The notes beneath the pieces were generated by a model that ran no database searches, was not told the DNA's origin, and was given only the letters and a program-made list of their open reading frames with translations. The position numbers and the translations under genes are program-made. This document shows, one piece after another, positions 15,929 to 24,270 of a stretch of DNA of 29,180 nucleotides. Source of the DNA: a virus. Lineage: Duplodnaviria; Caudoviricetes. Positions within the stretch are counted from its first letter, which is position 1, and the number at the start of each line of letters is the position of its first letter. Location: IMG/VR virus record IMGVR_UViG_3300044455_000044, positions 1-29,180 of that record. One strand, given 5' to 3'.

Positions 15929-16213
15929 TTACGCCCCCCTGATCCCAAAGCCCATCGCCGCCAACGCAGCGAGCGGCATCTGACCCTCATCCCTCTTCTT
16001 GCCGCCCAGCGCCTCGCCCAGCGTACTAATCAGCACCTTCGCCTCAAACTTCTGGCGCTCCAGGTACGCCAGCAGCAGCCGCTGCACCACCTGTTCGGGC
16101 AGCTCCTGCGCGCTCTCTACGGTGCAACCCCACTGGCTACATGCGAGTTCGATGATGTCGTAGTCGCCGTGCGGCCAATTCGGCGCGTCATGGTCGCCAC
16201 CACGCCGAAAGGG
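15929..16213 (-). CDS. Tail assembly chaperone frameshift extension (gpGT-like)
   Basis: Open -1 frame from slippery C CCT TTC (16213-16207) to TAA 15929: RRGGDHDAPNWPHGDYDIIELACSQWG...MGFGIRGA. Confidence 0.75.
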   Translation of the reverse strand, partial: PFRRGGDHDAPNWPHGDYDIIELACSQWGCTVESAQELPEQVVQRLLLAYLERQKFEAKVLISTLGEALGGKKRDEGQMPLAALAAMGFGIRGA

Positions 16214-16557
16214 TCGGCCAGGATGACCACCCCCTGAAAGGCAGCGAGAATCTGTTTGTCGGTGGCATGGTTTTCGATATACTCCCGCTCCGCTTCCAAC
16301 ACCGGCGAATAAGTGATCAGCATATCGAAAACCAGGTCCAGGCCATCGGTAAAGAGTTCCTCGGCCAACGGCACCAGCTTGAGCAGGTCAGCCGCCGTGT
16401 TAAAGACGATATCCGGCGCTGCGCTCACCTTCTCGAAGAGCGGTTTAATCTCCTCAAACAGCCGCTTCTTCCACGGTTTCGAGCGCATGAATCCGGCGGT
16501 TTGCACCACAAACTCACGCTCGCCCAAGTACAGGGTCGCGCTCTCAATCTGGCTCAT
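16117..16557 (-). CDS. Tail assembly chaperone (gpG-like)
   Basis: Between tail tube and TMP; contains slippery heptamer. Confidence 0.8.
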   Translation of the reverse strand: MSQIESATLYLGEREFVVQTAGFMRSKPWKKRLFEEIKPLFEKVSAAPDIVFNTAADLLKLVPLAEELFTDGLDLVFDMLITYSPVLEAEREYIENHATDKQILAAFQGVVILADPFGVVATMTRRIGRTATTTSSNSHVASGVAP

Positions 16558-17156
16558 GTCGAAGTGGCCGCTGCCGTGATCACCTGCAAGATGCCCAGCT
16601 CTTCGCCGGAGTCCTGCGATAAATCACCAATGATCGTAACCTCAAAGGCCAGTGCCGATTCCTTGGTTTTGCCGTAGGCGACCTCGCCCGTCATCCGGAA
16701 GAAGCCCTGGTGAAAGAACCAGCGCACCGGCTGCGGGTTGCCGGCGTCGTCGTAGCGCCGCGCCTCGACCCCCCATTTACGCAGCGTGACATCGGCCGAA
16801 GCGCCAAAGGCAATCTCGCTGTAGCCCTTTTGTCCACCCCCGGCCGCGGCCGTGGTGACTGCCGTGCCCTGCAAGGCCAGTTCCCAATTCGCAATCGACA
16901 ATTCCAACAGCGAACCCGTCAGCATCGCTTCGCGGCGCGTACGGGTTACTCCCAGCGTGACCGTCAGTTGCTCGGAGTAGACTTTATAGACTTCCTCCGC
17001 CAGGCTAATGGCAACGCCGCTTCCTTCGGGAAAGTCGCCGACATCCACCCAGGCGCCGCCCCATGCCGCCCCAAACGCCACCGTCGATTCATCCGGGTTG
17101 GCGGTCAATAGCGGCGCAACATACATTCTTCCCGGCCCTATCAGTACATCACCCAT
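16554..17156 (-). CDS. Major tail tube protein
   Basis: MGDVLIGPGRMYVAP...WVDVG siphovirus tube pattern; synteny; AGGAG RBS. Confidence 0.85.
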   Translation of the reverse strand: MGDVLIGPGRMYVAPLLTANPDESTVAFGAAWGGAWVDVGDFPEGSGVAISLAEEVYKVYSEQLTVTLGVTRTRREAMLTGSLLELSIANWELALQGTAVTTAAAGGGQKGYSEIAFGASADVTLRKWGVEARRYDDAGNPQPVRWFFHQGFFRMTGEVAYGKTKESALAFEVTIIGDLSQDSGEELGILQVITAAATST

Positions 17157-17157
17157 A

Positions 17158-17541
17158 TTAGTCTCCTGTCGTATGCAAAATCACGTCGATCATGACCCGG
17201 TACACATCACTCTCTTCGTCCCAATCGTCCAGCTCATTGACCACCCGCGCCATGTTGATGCCGGGTGTCTCGCTAATCGCTACATACTCTTCTAAAGCGT
17301 CCTTGACCGCCGTTGCCAGCGCCTGCGCGTCCACATAACCCGCCGCCCAACAGTTGATCTGCCAGCGCGATTGCCTAAGCGTTGACGTGCCGTCCTGGCC
17401 CGTGTTGCTGATTCTCTGGTAAGAGATCGCCTCATAGGTCGGATTCTGCGGCAGCTTGAGCGGATAGATACGCGTCGATACAATGCTGCTCACGCCCGCA
17501 TTCTCCGCCAACGCCCCTTTGAGAAGGTTGTAAATACTCAC
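17158..17541 (-). CDS. Tail terminator / tail completion protein (DUF3168-like)
   Basis: RIYPLKLPQ..YQRIS..RWQINCWA pattern; synteny. Confidence 0.85.
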   Translation of the reverse strand: MSIYNLLKGALAENAGVSSIVSTRIYPLKLPQNPTYEAISYQRISNTGQDGTSTLRQSRWQINCWAAGYVDAQALATAVKDALEEYVAISETPGINMARVVNELDDWDEESDVYRVMIDVILHTTGD

Positions 17542-17912
17542 TTGAATCGCTTCCCAATCTGCATCGTAATCTCGCTGCCGATTTGCTCTTTGAGTTCGTC
17601 AAAGGCCGGGCGCAAGAACGGTTTGGCCGGATGCTTCTTTGTGCCTAACTCGACAAACTTGGCGTAGAAGACCGCAAAGCCCGCCACCGCTCCGCCCTTG
17701 GGCGGCTGCACTTCTTTATTGTGTTTCTTGTCGCGCCGGTAGGTGGACTTCTTCTCGTTCGCCACATAGCCCGACTGTGCCAGGTCGCCGCTGGCCTTGG
17801 GCGCACGGCTGGACGCCGCATCCACCAGCATCTGCCCGCCAGCAAAGAGGCCGTCGGGCGTCCCTTCGCGGATCTGTTTCAGTAGCTCATCACCGTGCCA
17901 TTTAAGACTCAC
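17538..17912 (-). CDS. HK97 gp10-like neck protein
   Basis: APKASGDL and YAKFVELGTKKHPAKPFLRPA signature; GTG 17912 overlaps upstream TAG. Confidence 0.9.
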   Translation of the reverse strand: MSLKWHGDELLKQIREGTPDGLFAGGQMLVDAASSRAPKASGDLAQSGYVANEKKSTYRRDKKHNKEVQPPKGGAVAGFAVFYAKFVELGTKKHPAKPFLRPAFDELKEQIGSEITMQIGKRFK

Positions 17913-18250
17913 TAGACCTGCTCCTCTCGGCACATCAGCACCAGATCGCTTTTGCGCCCGTCCGGGTCCACCACATTCTCAACATAGAGGATACGGTCGC
18001 CGCGCCACAGCCCGCGCATCTGCACCGTAATATCCTCGCGGTAGCGAATGCGCACGGTATGGCTCACATTCGCCATCACCTGCGCCCCGCCCGACAGAAA
18101 ACGCTCGCCGGCGGCGCGTGACTGCACGTTCGACCACGTAGTCGGCACACTCGGCAGCTCCGCCCACGTTGCAATCGGCTCGCCAGACTCATCCTGGATC
18201 ACCGTCGCCACCTGCCAGGTGATTCTCTCATCAAGAGAACCGGCGCGCAT
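17912..18250 (-). CDS. Head closure / head-tail adaptor (SPP1 gp16-like)
   Basis: MRAGSLDERIT...IRYREDITVQMR...LMCRE signature. Confidence 0.9.
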   Translation of the reverse strand: MRAGSLDERITWQVATVIQDESGEPIATWAELPSVPTTWSNVQSRAAGERFLSGGAQVMANVSHTVRIRYREDITVQMRGLWRGDRILYVENVVDPDGRKSDLVLMCREEQV

Positions 18251-18558
18251 CAGGTTCTAGCCTCCACGTCGAATTTCAATGCCGCACTGGTCAACTCACT
18301 GCCCGTTTTGTTGAGTACCGCCCACACGCGCCATTTGCCCGCAACATCAAACACATCCTCCTCTGCGGTGTATTGCAAATAACCGTCTACGCCGTCGGCT
18401 GTAAACGTTGCAGTTTTCGGCACCTCAGTGCCGTCCGGCTTGCGAAAGACAAATTGCCGGGTCGTATAGCTGCTGATGTCAACCGCTATGCCATCCTGCA
18501 CGATGCGCAGTTTGCCCACCCAACCAAAATCACTCTCGTGTATGTTTTGCCAACTCAT
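18250..18558 (-). CDS. Small beta-sandwich protein (BppU N-terminal-like)
   Basis: VDISS..FRKPDG..DGYLQY..FDVAGKW..FDV pattern; coupled both sides. Confidence 0.6.
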   Translation of the reverse strand: MSWQNIHESDFGWVGKLRIVQDGIAVDISSYTTRQFVFRKPDGTEVPKTATFTADGVDGYLQYTAEEDVFDVAGKWRVWAVLNKTGSELTSAALKFDVEART

Positions 18559-18680
18559 AGGCTCACATCCCCCGCTGCAACAAAGCGCATTTCCACATCG
18601 GCGCTCAAGACGTAGGGCACCACATCAATCGCCTCGCCGGCGCTAAACCAGTGCAACACCCAACGCAAAATGTCGCGCAT
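18555..18680 (-). CDS. Small hypothetical protein, 41 aa
   Basis: Not in ORF track; MRDILRWVLHWFSAGEAIDVVPYVLSADVEMRFVAAGDVSL; TGATG overlap upstream and ATGA overlap downstream. Confidence 0.65.
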   Translation of the reverse strand: MRDILRWVLHWFSAGEAIDVVPYVLSADVEMRFVAAGDVSL

Positions 18681-19321
18681 CAATCAACTCCTGTGATGGG
18701 TTCGGCGGCGGCGTCAATCGTCACCGTCTTGACCACAAAGTTGCTGCCGGTCGTCTTGCGGATGGTAAGAGTCGTGCCACTGATACTGCTTTCCAGCGCC
18801 ATTAGAATCAGCGCCGCCAGGCTGGTGGTGTCGGCTGTATCCTCAACGTTGCTCACGCCCCGACCAAGTACCGCATCGGCAATGGCGCCAACCGTCGGCA
18901 GAGCAGCAGCCGTAGCCAACCCACTCTGTATCTCGGTCACGGCGTTGGCGGCGATGGCGTCATTGTCAATGGCGTCTGTAGCAATGGCGGCTGCGGTAAT
19001 GGCATTGGCGGCGACGCTCTGCACGGCGCTGTTAACGATATTGCCCACGCTCTGCAAGGCGGGAAGATGCTTTTGTGCTACGCTGCCACTCGCCGTTTCA
19101 AAGATGGCGATATAGGCGCCATCCGCATCGACGCTGCCGCCACTGAGAACGTAGTAGTAAAGCCCATTGGCTTGTTCAGTTGCGCTTGCCGCTGCCACAA
19201 CCGGCGTGCCGGAAACGCCTTCGTACACGTCTACTGTGACGGTCAAGCCGGTCACGCTGACGCCGGTCGTATCTACAAAATGAGCGTAAAAGGTAAGGGC
19301 TACGCCTTGTCTCTGGATCAT
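18680..19321 (-). CDS. Putative virion accessory protein
   Basis: Beta-rich N-terminus then 5-residue repeats (ANAITAAAIATDAIDNDAIAANAV); AAGGAG RBS. Confidence 0.65.
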   Translation of the reverse strand: MIQRQGVALTFYAHFVDTTGVSVTGLTVTVDVYEGVSGTPVVAAASATEQANGLYYYVLSGGSVDADGAYIAIFETASGSVAQKHLPALQSVGNIVNSAVQSVAANAITAAAIATDAIDNDAIAANAVTEIQSGLATAAALPTVGAIADAVLGRGVSNVEDTADTTSLAALILMALESSISGTTLTIRKTTGSNFVVKTVTIDAAAEPITGVD

Positions 19322-19343
19322 TGTTTATTCTCCTTCTGCTCCT

Positions 19344-21098
19344 TTACGGCTCCGTGTACACAATGACCAACTTAGGGCGATTCCCCGCCGTGCTATGGTC
19401 GCTGCTATAAAACTGGTACATATCATCTGTTTCGGTGTCGGCTTTGACCAGGAATCCGTTATTGGTCCATGAACCACCGCTTATCATTGCTTGCACAGAT
19501 GCAGCGGTTAGTGTGAAGTCTTTGAATGCGCCCGTTGTCTCTGTTGCTGAAAATGCCCTGCTGCCAATATCCGTCTGCTCACAGTCGTCAGAATGAAAGC
19601 CACCGGCGGTTGACCAACTGTTACCCGTACTGTAGATATTCCAGGTTGCTTGAGTTTCAACCCAAGCGCGCTTGAGGCGATACACGCGCAAAGTTCTGGC
19701 ATTGCTGCTGAACTCAGCGTGACAATACAGAGACAGCGTTGCGCTGATAATGGTGGAACCCGCCGCAATGCCGGACAAGTTAAACTTGATGGCGCTGCGC
19801 CAGATGTCCACGATTGCATTAGACTCGCCCGCACCCAGGTTGGAATTGGTGCCAAGATTGGTGGTCGGCTGAAAGGAACGCAGAACCGTGTCCACGCCCG
19901 CTGTGCCGTCCGGCTGTATCGTCAGCGTAATCTCATCACCCGGATCTACGTCCAACACGACAACGCCGTTTGCATCCGATGTGCCGATATAGTCATCACC
20001 GTTGACAGTGGCAGTTATTTCGGTGCTTGGCGTTTGCCCTTTGAGCGTTAGCACAAAGGTATATGCGCCTGTATCTGCCGTGATGGTAAAAACGCGCGTG
20101 GTCATGTTGTAGACCACCGTGCCGAACTCGCTCTTGCCATCGCCAAGCCACAGCTTGAACCGCTTTGTATCCAGATAGCCAAGCACCTTGAGCGTACCGC
20201 TTGCGGCGATTGTCCACGCCGCGTGCGTCTTGGCAGCGATGGGCGACATGAAGGTAGGTTCGGCCTGGATGACCGGCTCGCCAGCATTGGGCAAGTCGTG
20301 CAACCAGCGCGGACTATCCAGCGCGTCGGTAATGCTCTCGTCATAGTTGGTCAGCGGTACAGCATCCAGTGCAGCCATGATGTTGGTCGTGTTGACAATG
20401 GGTACACGGCTATCATCCTCGTCGTGGAATAGCCACAGATGCCCACCCGTGAAGTTGGTGATGCTCAGCACATTGGCGCGCGCATGGTAGTTGAGCGGAA
20501 CGGTCGTAGGGTCGTCGCCAATCCAGGCGCGCATCAGAATTTGGTCGGAACTGTTGGAGCCGTTCTGATACCAACCGTCCGTCACGTCGTGCCCGTAATC
20601 TGAGATACCGAAGAAGGAAGTGCCCGTGTTGAAGGTGTCAGGGTAACGAGAGAGGGCGCTATAAGCATTGCCGCCGCCGCCGCTATAGCCAACGATATGA
20701 ATCTGCGCAGCGTCTGTCTCGGCTGGATAGGTCGCCAGAACATGCTGGATAGCGTCGTAAATATCCTGGATTTCACGCCCACCCGAATCTTCAGTTCCGC
20801 CCGACAAGCCACGTCCTCTCATCTCGACAAAGACAGCGAAAACGCCATAGTTGGCAAAGCGCGTATAGCAGGCCGTGTCGAAGTCCGCCACCTCTTGGCT
20901 AAAGCCGTGCAGGATAGCGACAACGGGCAAGTCGCTACCGCTAGGATAGGCAACCTTTGCGTACAGGGTGAGCGCGTCAATGCTGCTGGCATAAGATACA
21001 TCCGCAACCGTGGTTCCCGCCGACCCCGCCGCCACCTTGCGCCGCGCCGCCAGTCCCGCCGTAATTTGTCCAGTCCCCGCCAGAACAGGTGTCAGCAT
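19344..21098 (-). CDS. Alpha/beta hydrolase fused to C-terminal DNRLRE-like domain
   Basis: ILHGF oxyanion, GYSGG nucleophile elbow, FHDEDDSRV Asp, WLH His; C-terminal RSAIKFNLS..IISATLSLY..WVETQATW..NNGFLV..RPKLVIVY. Confidence 0.82.
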   Translation of the reverse strand: MLTPVLAGTGQITAGLAARRKVAAGSAGTTVADVSYASSIDALTLYAKVAYPSGSDLPVVAILHGFSQEVADFDTACYTRFANYGVFAVFVEMRGRGLSGGTEDSGGREIQDIYDAIQHVLATYPAETDAAQIHIVGYSGGGGNAYSALSRYPDTFNTGTSFFGISDYGHDVTDGWYQNGSNSSDQILMRAWIGDDPTTVPLNYHARANVLSITNFTGGHLWLFHDEDDSRVPIVNTTNIMAALDAVPLTNYDESITDALDSPRWLHDLPNAGEPVIQAEPTFMSPIAAKTHAAWTIAASGTLKVLGYLDTKRFKLWLGDGKSEFGTVVYNMTTRVFTITADTGAYTFVLTLKGQTPSTEITATVNGDDYIGTSDANGVVVLDVDPGDEITLTIQPDGTAGVDTVLRSFQPTTNLGTNSNLGAGESNAIVDIWRSAIKFNLSGIAAGSTIISATLSLYCHAEFSSNARTLRVYRLKRAWVETQATWNIYSTGNSWSTAGGFHSDDCEQTDIGSRAFSATETTGAFKDFTLTAASVQAMISGGSWTNNGFLVKADTETDDMYQFYSSDHSTAGNRPKLVIVYTEP

Positions 21099-21100
21099 TG

Positions 21101-21685
21101 CTAATTCACCCTATCGGTCAGCAATAACCATTCCACCGCTTGCGGCACTTGCACCAAGCCCACCCCCTGCTGTACCACCACGCTCTCGCGGTTCTCGTAC
21201 AGATGCCCGATTAGTAGCAGCATGGCTTGCTTGTAAGCGTCCGGCACATCATCGCCGTTGCCAAAGCCCGCCACATAGGTGATGGCGATCGATCCGCCCA
21301 CCTGCAATGTCTCGCTGGGCCAACTCGCCCCCGACTTGAGCAGGATGCGCCCCGGAATGCTGTGCGTTTCCACCACATAATTCGAGGCCGCCCACGTAAA
21401 GGGGTCGCCCGCCTCGTCCGTATAGATAATGCTGGTCACGCTCTGCAGCGGCGGATAGGGCAGCTCCAAACGGCCGTCGTAAGGCCAACGGTCCAAGCGG
21501 CTCACCAGCGTGCGCGTGGTAAAGGCCCACTGGCTAATCATTTCGCATTGCCGCCGCGCCACACCAATCAGCCGCGTAAATAGCGCATCTTCCAGCGAGT
21601 GATCCACCCGGCAGTGCAGCTTGGCCTCCGCCACCGATACCGCATCGGCCGGCGTGCTTAACTCCCTCACGTTGGTGATTCTCAT
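21101..21685 (-). CDS. Head-tail connector (HK97 gp6-like, long form)
   Basis: VSVAEAKLHCRVD..ED...VPDAYKQAMLLLIGHLYENRE signature; ATG 21685 overlaps upstream stop. Confidence 0.92.
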   Translation of the reverse strand: MRITNVRELSTPADAVSVAEAKLHCRVDHSLEDALFTRLIGVARRQCEMISQWAFTTRTLVSRLDRWPYDGRLELPYPPLQSVTSIIYTDEAGDPFTWAASNYVVETHSIPGRILLKSGASWPSETLQVGGSIAITYVAGFGNGDDVPDAYKQAMLLLIGHLYENRESVVVQQGVGLVQVPQAVEWLLLTDRVN

Positions 21686-22254
21686 GATTCCGGCGCTCCG
21701 TAACTGATTCGCTGTACTGCTGAAGCGATGCAATCAAACCAGTAAATCTCATAGTCCCGGTTAAAGATCGAAAGAATAAAATCAAAATCGCCGGCATAGG
21801 TGGCGCTAAAAAAGCGAGCGTGCTTTTGCCAAATGGAGCGCTTAACCACAAAGGCGCTACAGCCAATGCCGCCCAGCTCAGGGCGTTTCTGCCAACAGCC
21901 ATCCGGCAATATCCCGCGCTTCCCCTGATCCATCTTGACCATGATCACATCCGGCTTATACTCCTGCTCAATCCTTTTCAAATCAGCCACAAAGGTCGTG
22001 CTCGCCACCATATCATCGTCATCCAAAATCCAAATGTACTCACCCCTCAGCATGGGTGCATAGGCCGCCATGTTGGTGTAGCTCCAGCCGATGCCACGCC
22101 CCTCCGGGTCATCCAGCAGCGTCTGCACATAGTCCTCACACGTTTGGGTGCGCAAACTTTCCATGTTGGCCGCCAGCATCTTGGGTCGCTTATACGTCCG
22201 CGTCAATACCTCTAGGAACGGCCCTTTTAGGGACCTCCTGGGCGCGCTTGCCAC
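21682..22254 (-). CDS. Glycosyltransferase, GT2/GT-A fold (start uncertain)
   Basis: LEVLTRTYKRP..L, GEYIWILDDDD (DxD), YAGDFDF. Confidence 0.8.
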   Translation of the reverse strand: MASAPRRSLKGPFLEVLTRTYKRPKMLAANMESLRTQTCEDYVQTLLDDPEGRGIGWSYTNMAAYAPMLRGEYIWILDDDDMVASTTFVADLKRIEQEYKPDVIMVKMDQGKRGILPDGCWQKRPELGGIGCSAFVVKRSIWQKHARFFSATYAGDFDFILSIFNRDYEIYWFDCIASAVQRISYGAPES

Positions 22255-23107
22255 GCGTCGCCGCCTTGGGGTCGACCGCCATCTCCCGCGCCGTAATGTC
22301 GGGTTGATCTACCTCGCCCGGCTCCAGCGCTGTGTCATCTGCGTTGGTAATCTGCACATAGCCGCCGCGCCGCAGATCGTCGGCAATCTCATCGGGCAAC
22401 GTGTAATAGCGGCCCTTCTTCATGGCGAGCGAACCGTTGCCGGTTGGCGCTACCACATTCTGAAGTGCTAAGACTCGGCTCACGGTTCCTCCATGTTCAT
22501 ACGGTCTAAGTACGTTACCATCCGGCTCGATATGGTCGCAGGGCACGTCAAAGCGTGCGATCATGCGCAACCCCATATGCAAGCAATCTGTGGCAAAGGC
22601 CAGGTCGCCGGCGTCGTTATTGTCGCCACGCACCCCTACCCGTTCAAGCACCTCACGGCGAATCAGGGTGCAGCCCCAACCGACGCCGCTCACCTGCGCC
22701 CAGCCACGCGCCCGCGCCTGGCGTACCTCGGCCGGGTACAGGCTCAGGCTCATGCCAATGTTGTTGTTGCCCTGATACTGCCAGGCGTTGAGTACCTTCA
22801 TGCCGTGTCTGAGCGTGTAGACGCCGAACACAACCGGCGCATCTGTTGTATATAGTTTGTCGATGGTGTCTGGCGGAATCACCATGTCATGCTCGACCGT
22901 GAGCAGGGCATCGAATTCTCCCGCCAGACACATCTCCCGTCCGCGCTGGTATTGTGCGACCACGTTGGCGGCCTTTTGCCCCGGAAATGGGTTGTGGTCG
23001 CTGACCTCCCAAACAAACGGAATGTCTGTTTTTTGGGCAGCGATACTGGCTCCCGTTTCGGGTCGCAGTTGGTCGTCAATCGTGGGCGTGAATACCAGAA
23101 TGGTCAT
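22190..23107 (-). CDS. GT-A-fold glycosyltransferase-like protein with extra C-terminal domain
   Basis: ILVFTPT, FDALLTVEHDMVIPPD, GWGCTLIRREVLE, GDLAF, CDHI; TAATG-coupled to capsid stop. Confidence 0.8.
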   Translation of the reverse strand: MTILVFTPTIDDQLRPETGASIAAQKTDIPFVWEVSDHNPFPGQKAANVVAQYQRGREMCLAGEFDALLTVEHDMVIPPDTIDKLYTTDAPVVFGVYTLRHGMKVLNAWQYQGNNNIGMSLSLYPAEVRQARARGWAQVSGVGWGCTLIRREVLERVGVRGDNNDAGDLAFATDCLHMGLRMIARFDVPCDHIEPDGNVLRPYEHGGTVSRVLALQNVVAPTGNGSLAMKKGRYYTLPDEIADDLRRGGYVQITNADDTALEPGEVDQPDITAREMAVDPKAATRGKRAQEVPKRAVPRGIDADV

Positions 23108-24270
23108 TATGTGCTCTGCGTGGCGTACTTGATTGCCTCGGCCTGCAGGACACCGAACACCGCGTCAAACCAGAACCAAAGGCGCACGTTCCCGGTCGAA
23201 ATCGCCGTGAAAGGATCGCGAATGGTCTGTAAGGAGGTTCCTTCGCGGAACCCCATGAAGTTAAAATTCCCAAACAGCAAAGATTTGGCGCTCGCCGCCG
23301 GTGTCGGCATATAAGAGGACTGGTAGACCGGGAAGCCCCACAGCATCGCCGAACCGCCGCCGGCCAAATCACCGCCCGGATGCGGCGCAAAGGTAAAGAC
23401 GGATGAGCTGGCGAGGGCGCTGATCGTGGCATAAGCGGTCGGGTTCATCACCCACTTGGCGCCCTCTTGGTACTCCGGAAGCAATTTCCCCACTAAGTTT
23501 GGCACATCTCCGGCGGCGATGGCGGTTGGGCTGGCCAACGTCAGCGAAGCGGTGCCATTGGCGATGGCTTCTGTAACCAGAAGTTGATTGAGAGTCGCAG
23601 CCCAACCACGAGCCACCCAATTGGTGAGGAAGGCTTCGAGTTTTACATCTTCATCTCGCAACAATTCCCATGTCAGGGTGATAAATTTGGCATACTTTAC
23701 GAGCGTGAAGGCCTTATTCGCCAATGCCGGCGCATCTTGGTTGATCGTGCCCGCCTCGGCGACCGAGGTGAAGAGTAGATCATCCTCGGCGTCAATCGGG
23801 TAGTTGACGGTCAAGCCTTTGCCCGGCACCAGCGTCAGCCCCAATTTGGGCACGAGGCTCGATTCGTCGCGGCGCGCCTTGATGTTCTGCACCATGCCGG
23901 TCGGCACGGTTACGCCGCCGTCGGCCGGGGTCGTCTCATTCATGTCCGTATTGTTGTAGGCGCGTAGCTCGGATGCCACGCCGGCGTCGCCGCTGCGCAG
24001 ATAACGGAAGTAAAGACTCTTTTCGGCGTCCTTGGTGATCGTCGTCGGGTGATACTGAACGTTTTGCGGTTTGGCGACGGCGGTAAAGCCCTCCAGCTCT
24101 TCCAAACGTTCCGCTTCCGCTCGCAACCCTTTGGCCTCATCGACCAGCGATCGATAGAGCGTCTCTTCTTCCGGCGTCACGCTGCGGTCTTGCGTCTTGG
24201 CAACGTCATAGAGGGCGCGCGCTTCCTCGGCTTTGTTGGACATCGCCACGCGCAATTCTTGTGGATTCAT
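23107..24270 (-). CDS. Major capsid protein, HK97 fold with N-terminal delta domain
   Basis: Coiled-coil N-terminus, ADGGVTVP, TWELLRD, WVMNP, LWGFPV, LLFGNF motifs. Confidence 0.96.
   Translation of the reverse strand: MNPQELRVAMSNKAEEARALYDVAKTQDRSVTPEEETLYRSLVDEAKGLRAEAERLEELEGFTAVAKPQNVQYHPTTITKDAEKSLYFRYLRSGDAGVASELRAYNNTDMNETTPADGGVTVPTGMVQNIKARRDESSLVPKLGLTLVPGKGLTVNYPIDAEDDLLFTSVAEAGTINQDAPALANKAFTLVKYAKFITLTWELLRDEDVKLEAFLTNWVARGWAATLNQLLVTEAIANGTASLTLASPTAIAAGDVPNLVGKLLPEYQEGAKWVMNPTAYATISALASSSVFTFAPHPGGDLAGGGSAMLWGFPVYQSSYMPTPAASAKSLLFGNFNFMGFREGTSLQTIRDPFTAISTGNVRLWFWFDAVFGVLQAEAIKYATQST

Noticed and set aside
15928-15990. TMP N-terminal extension from ORF track
   Set aside because: Overlaps the frameshifted chaperone frame; TTG 15927 has the RBS
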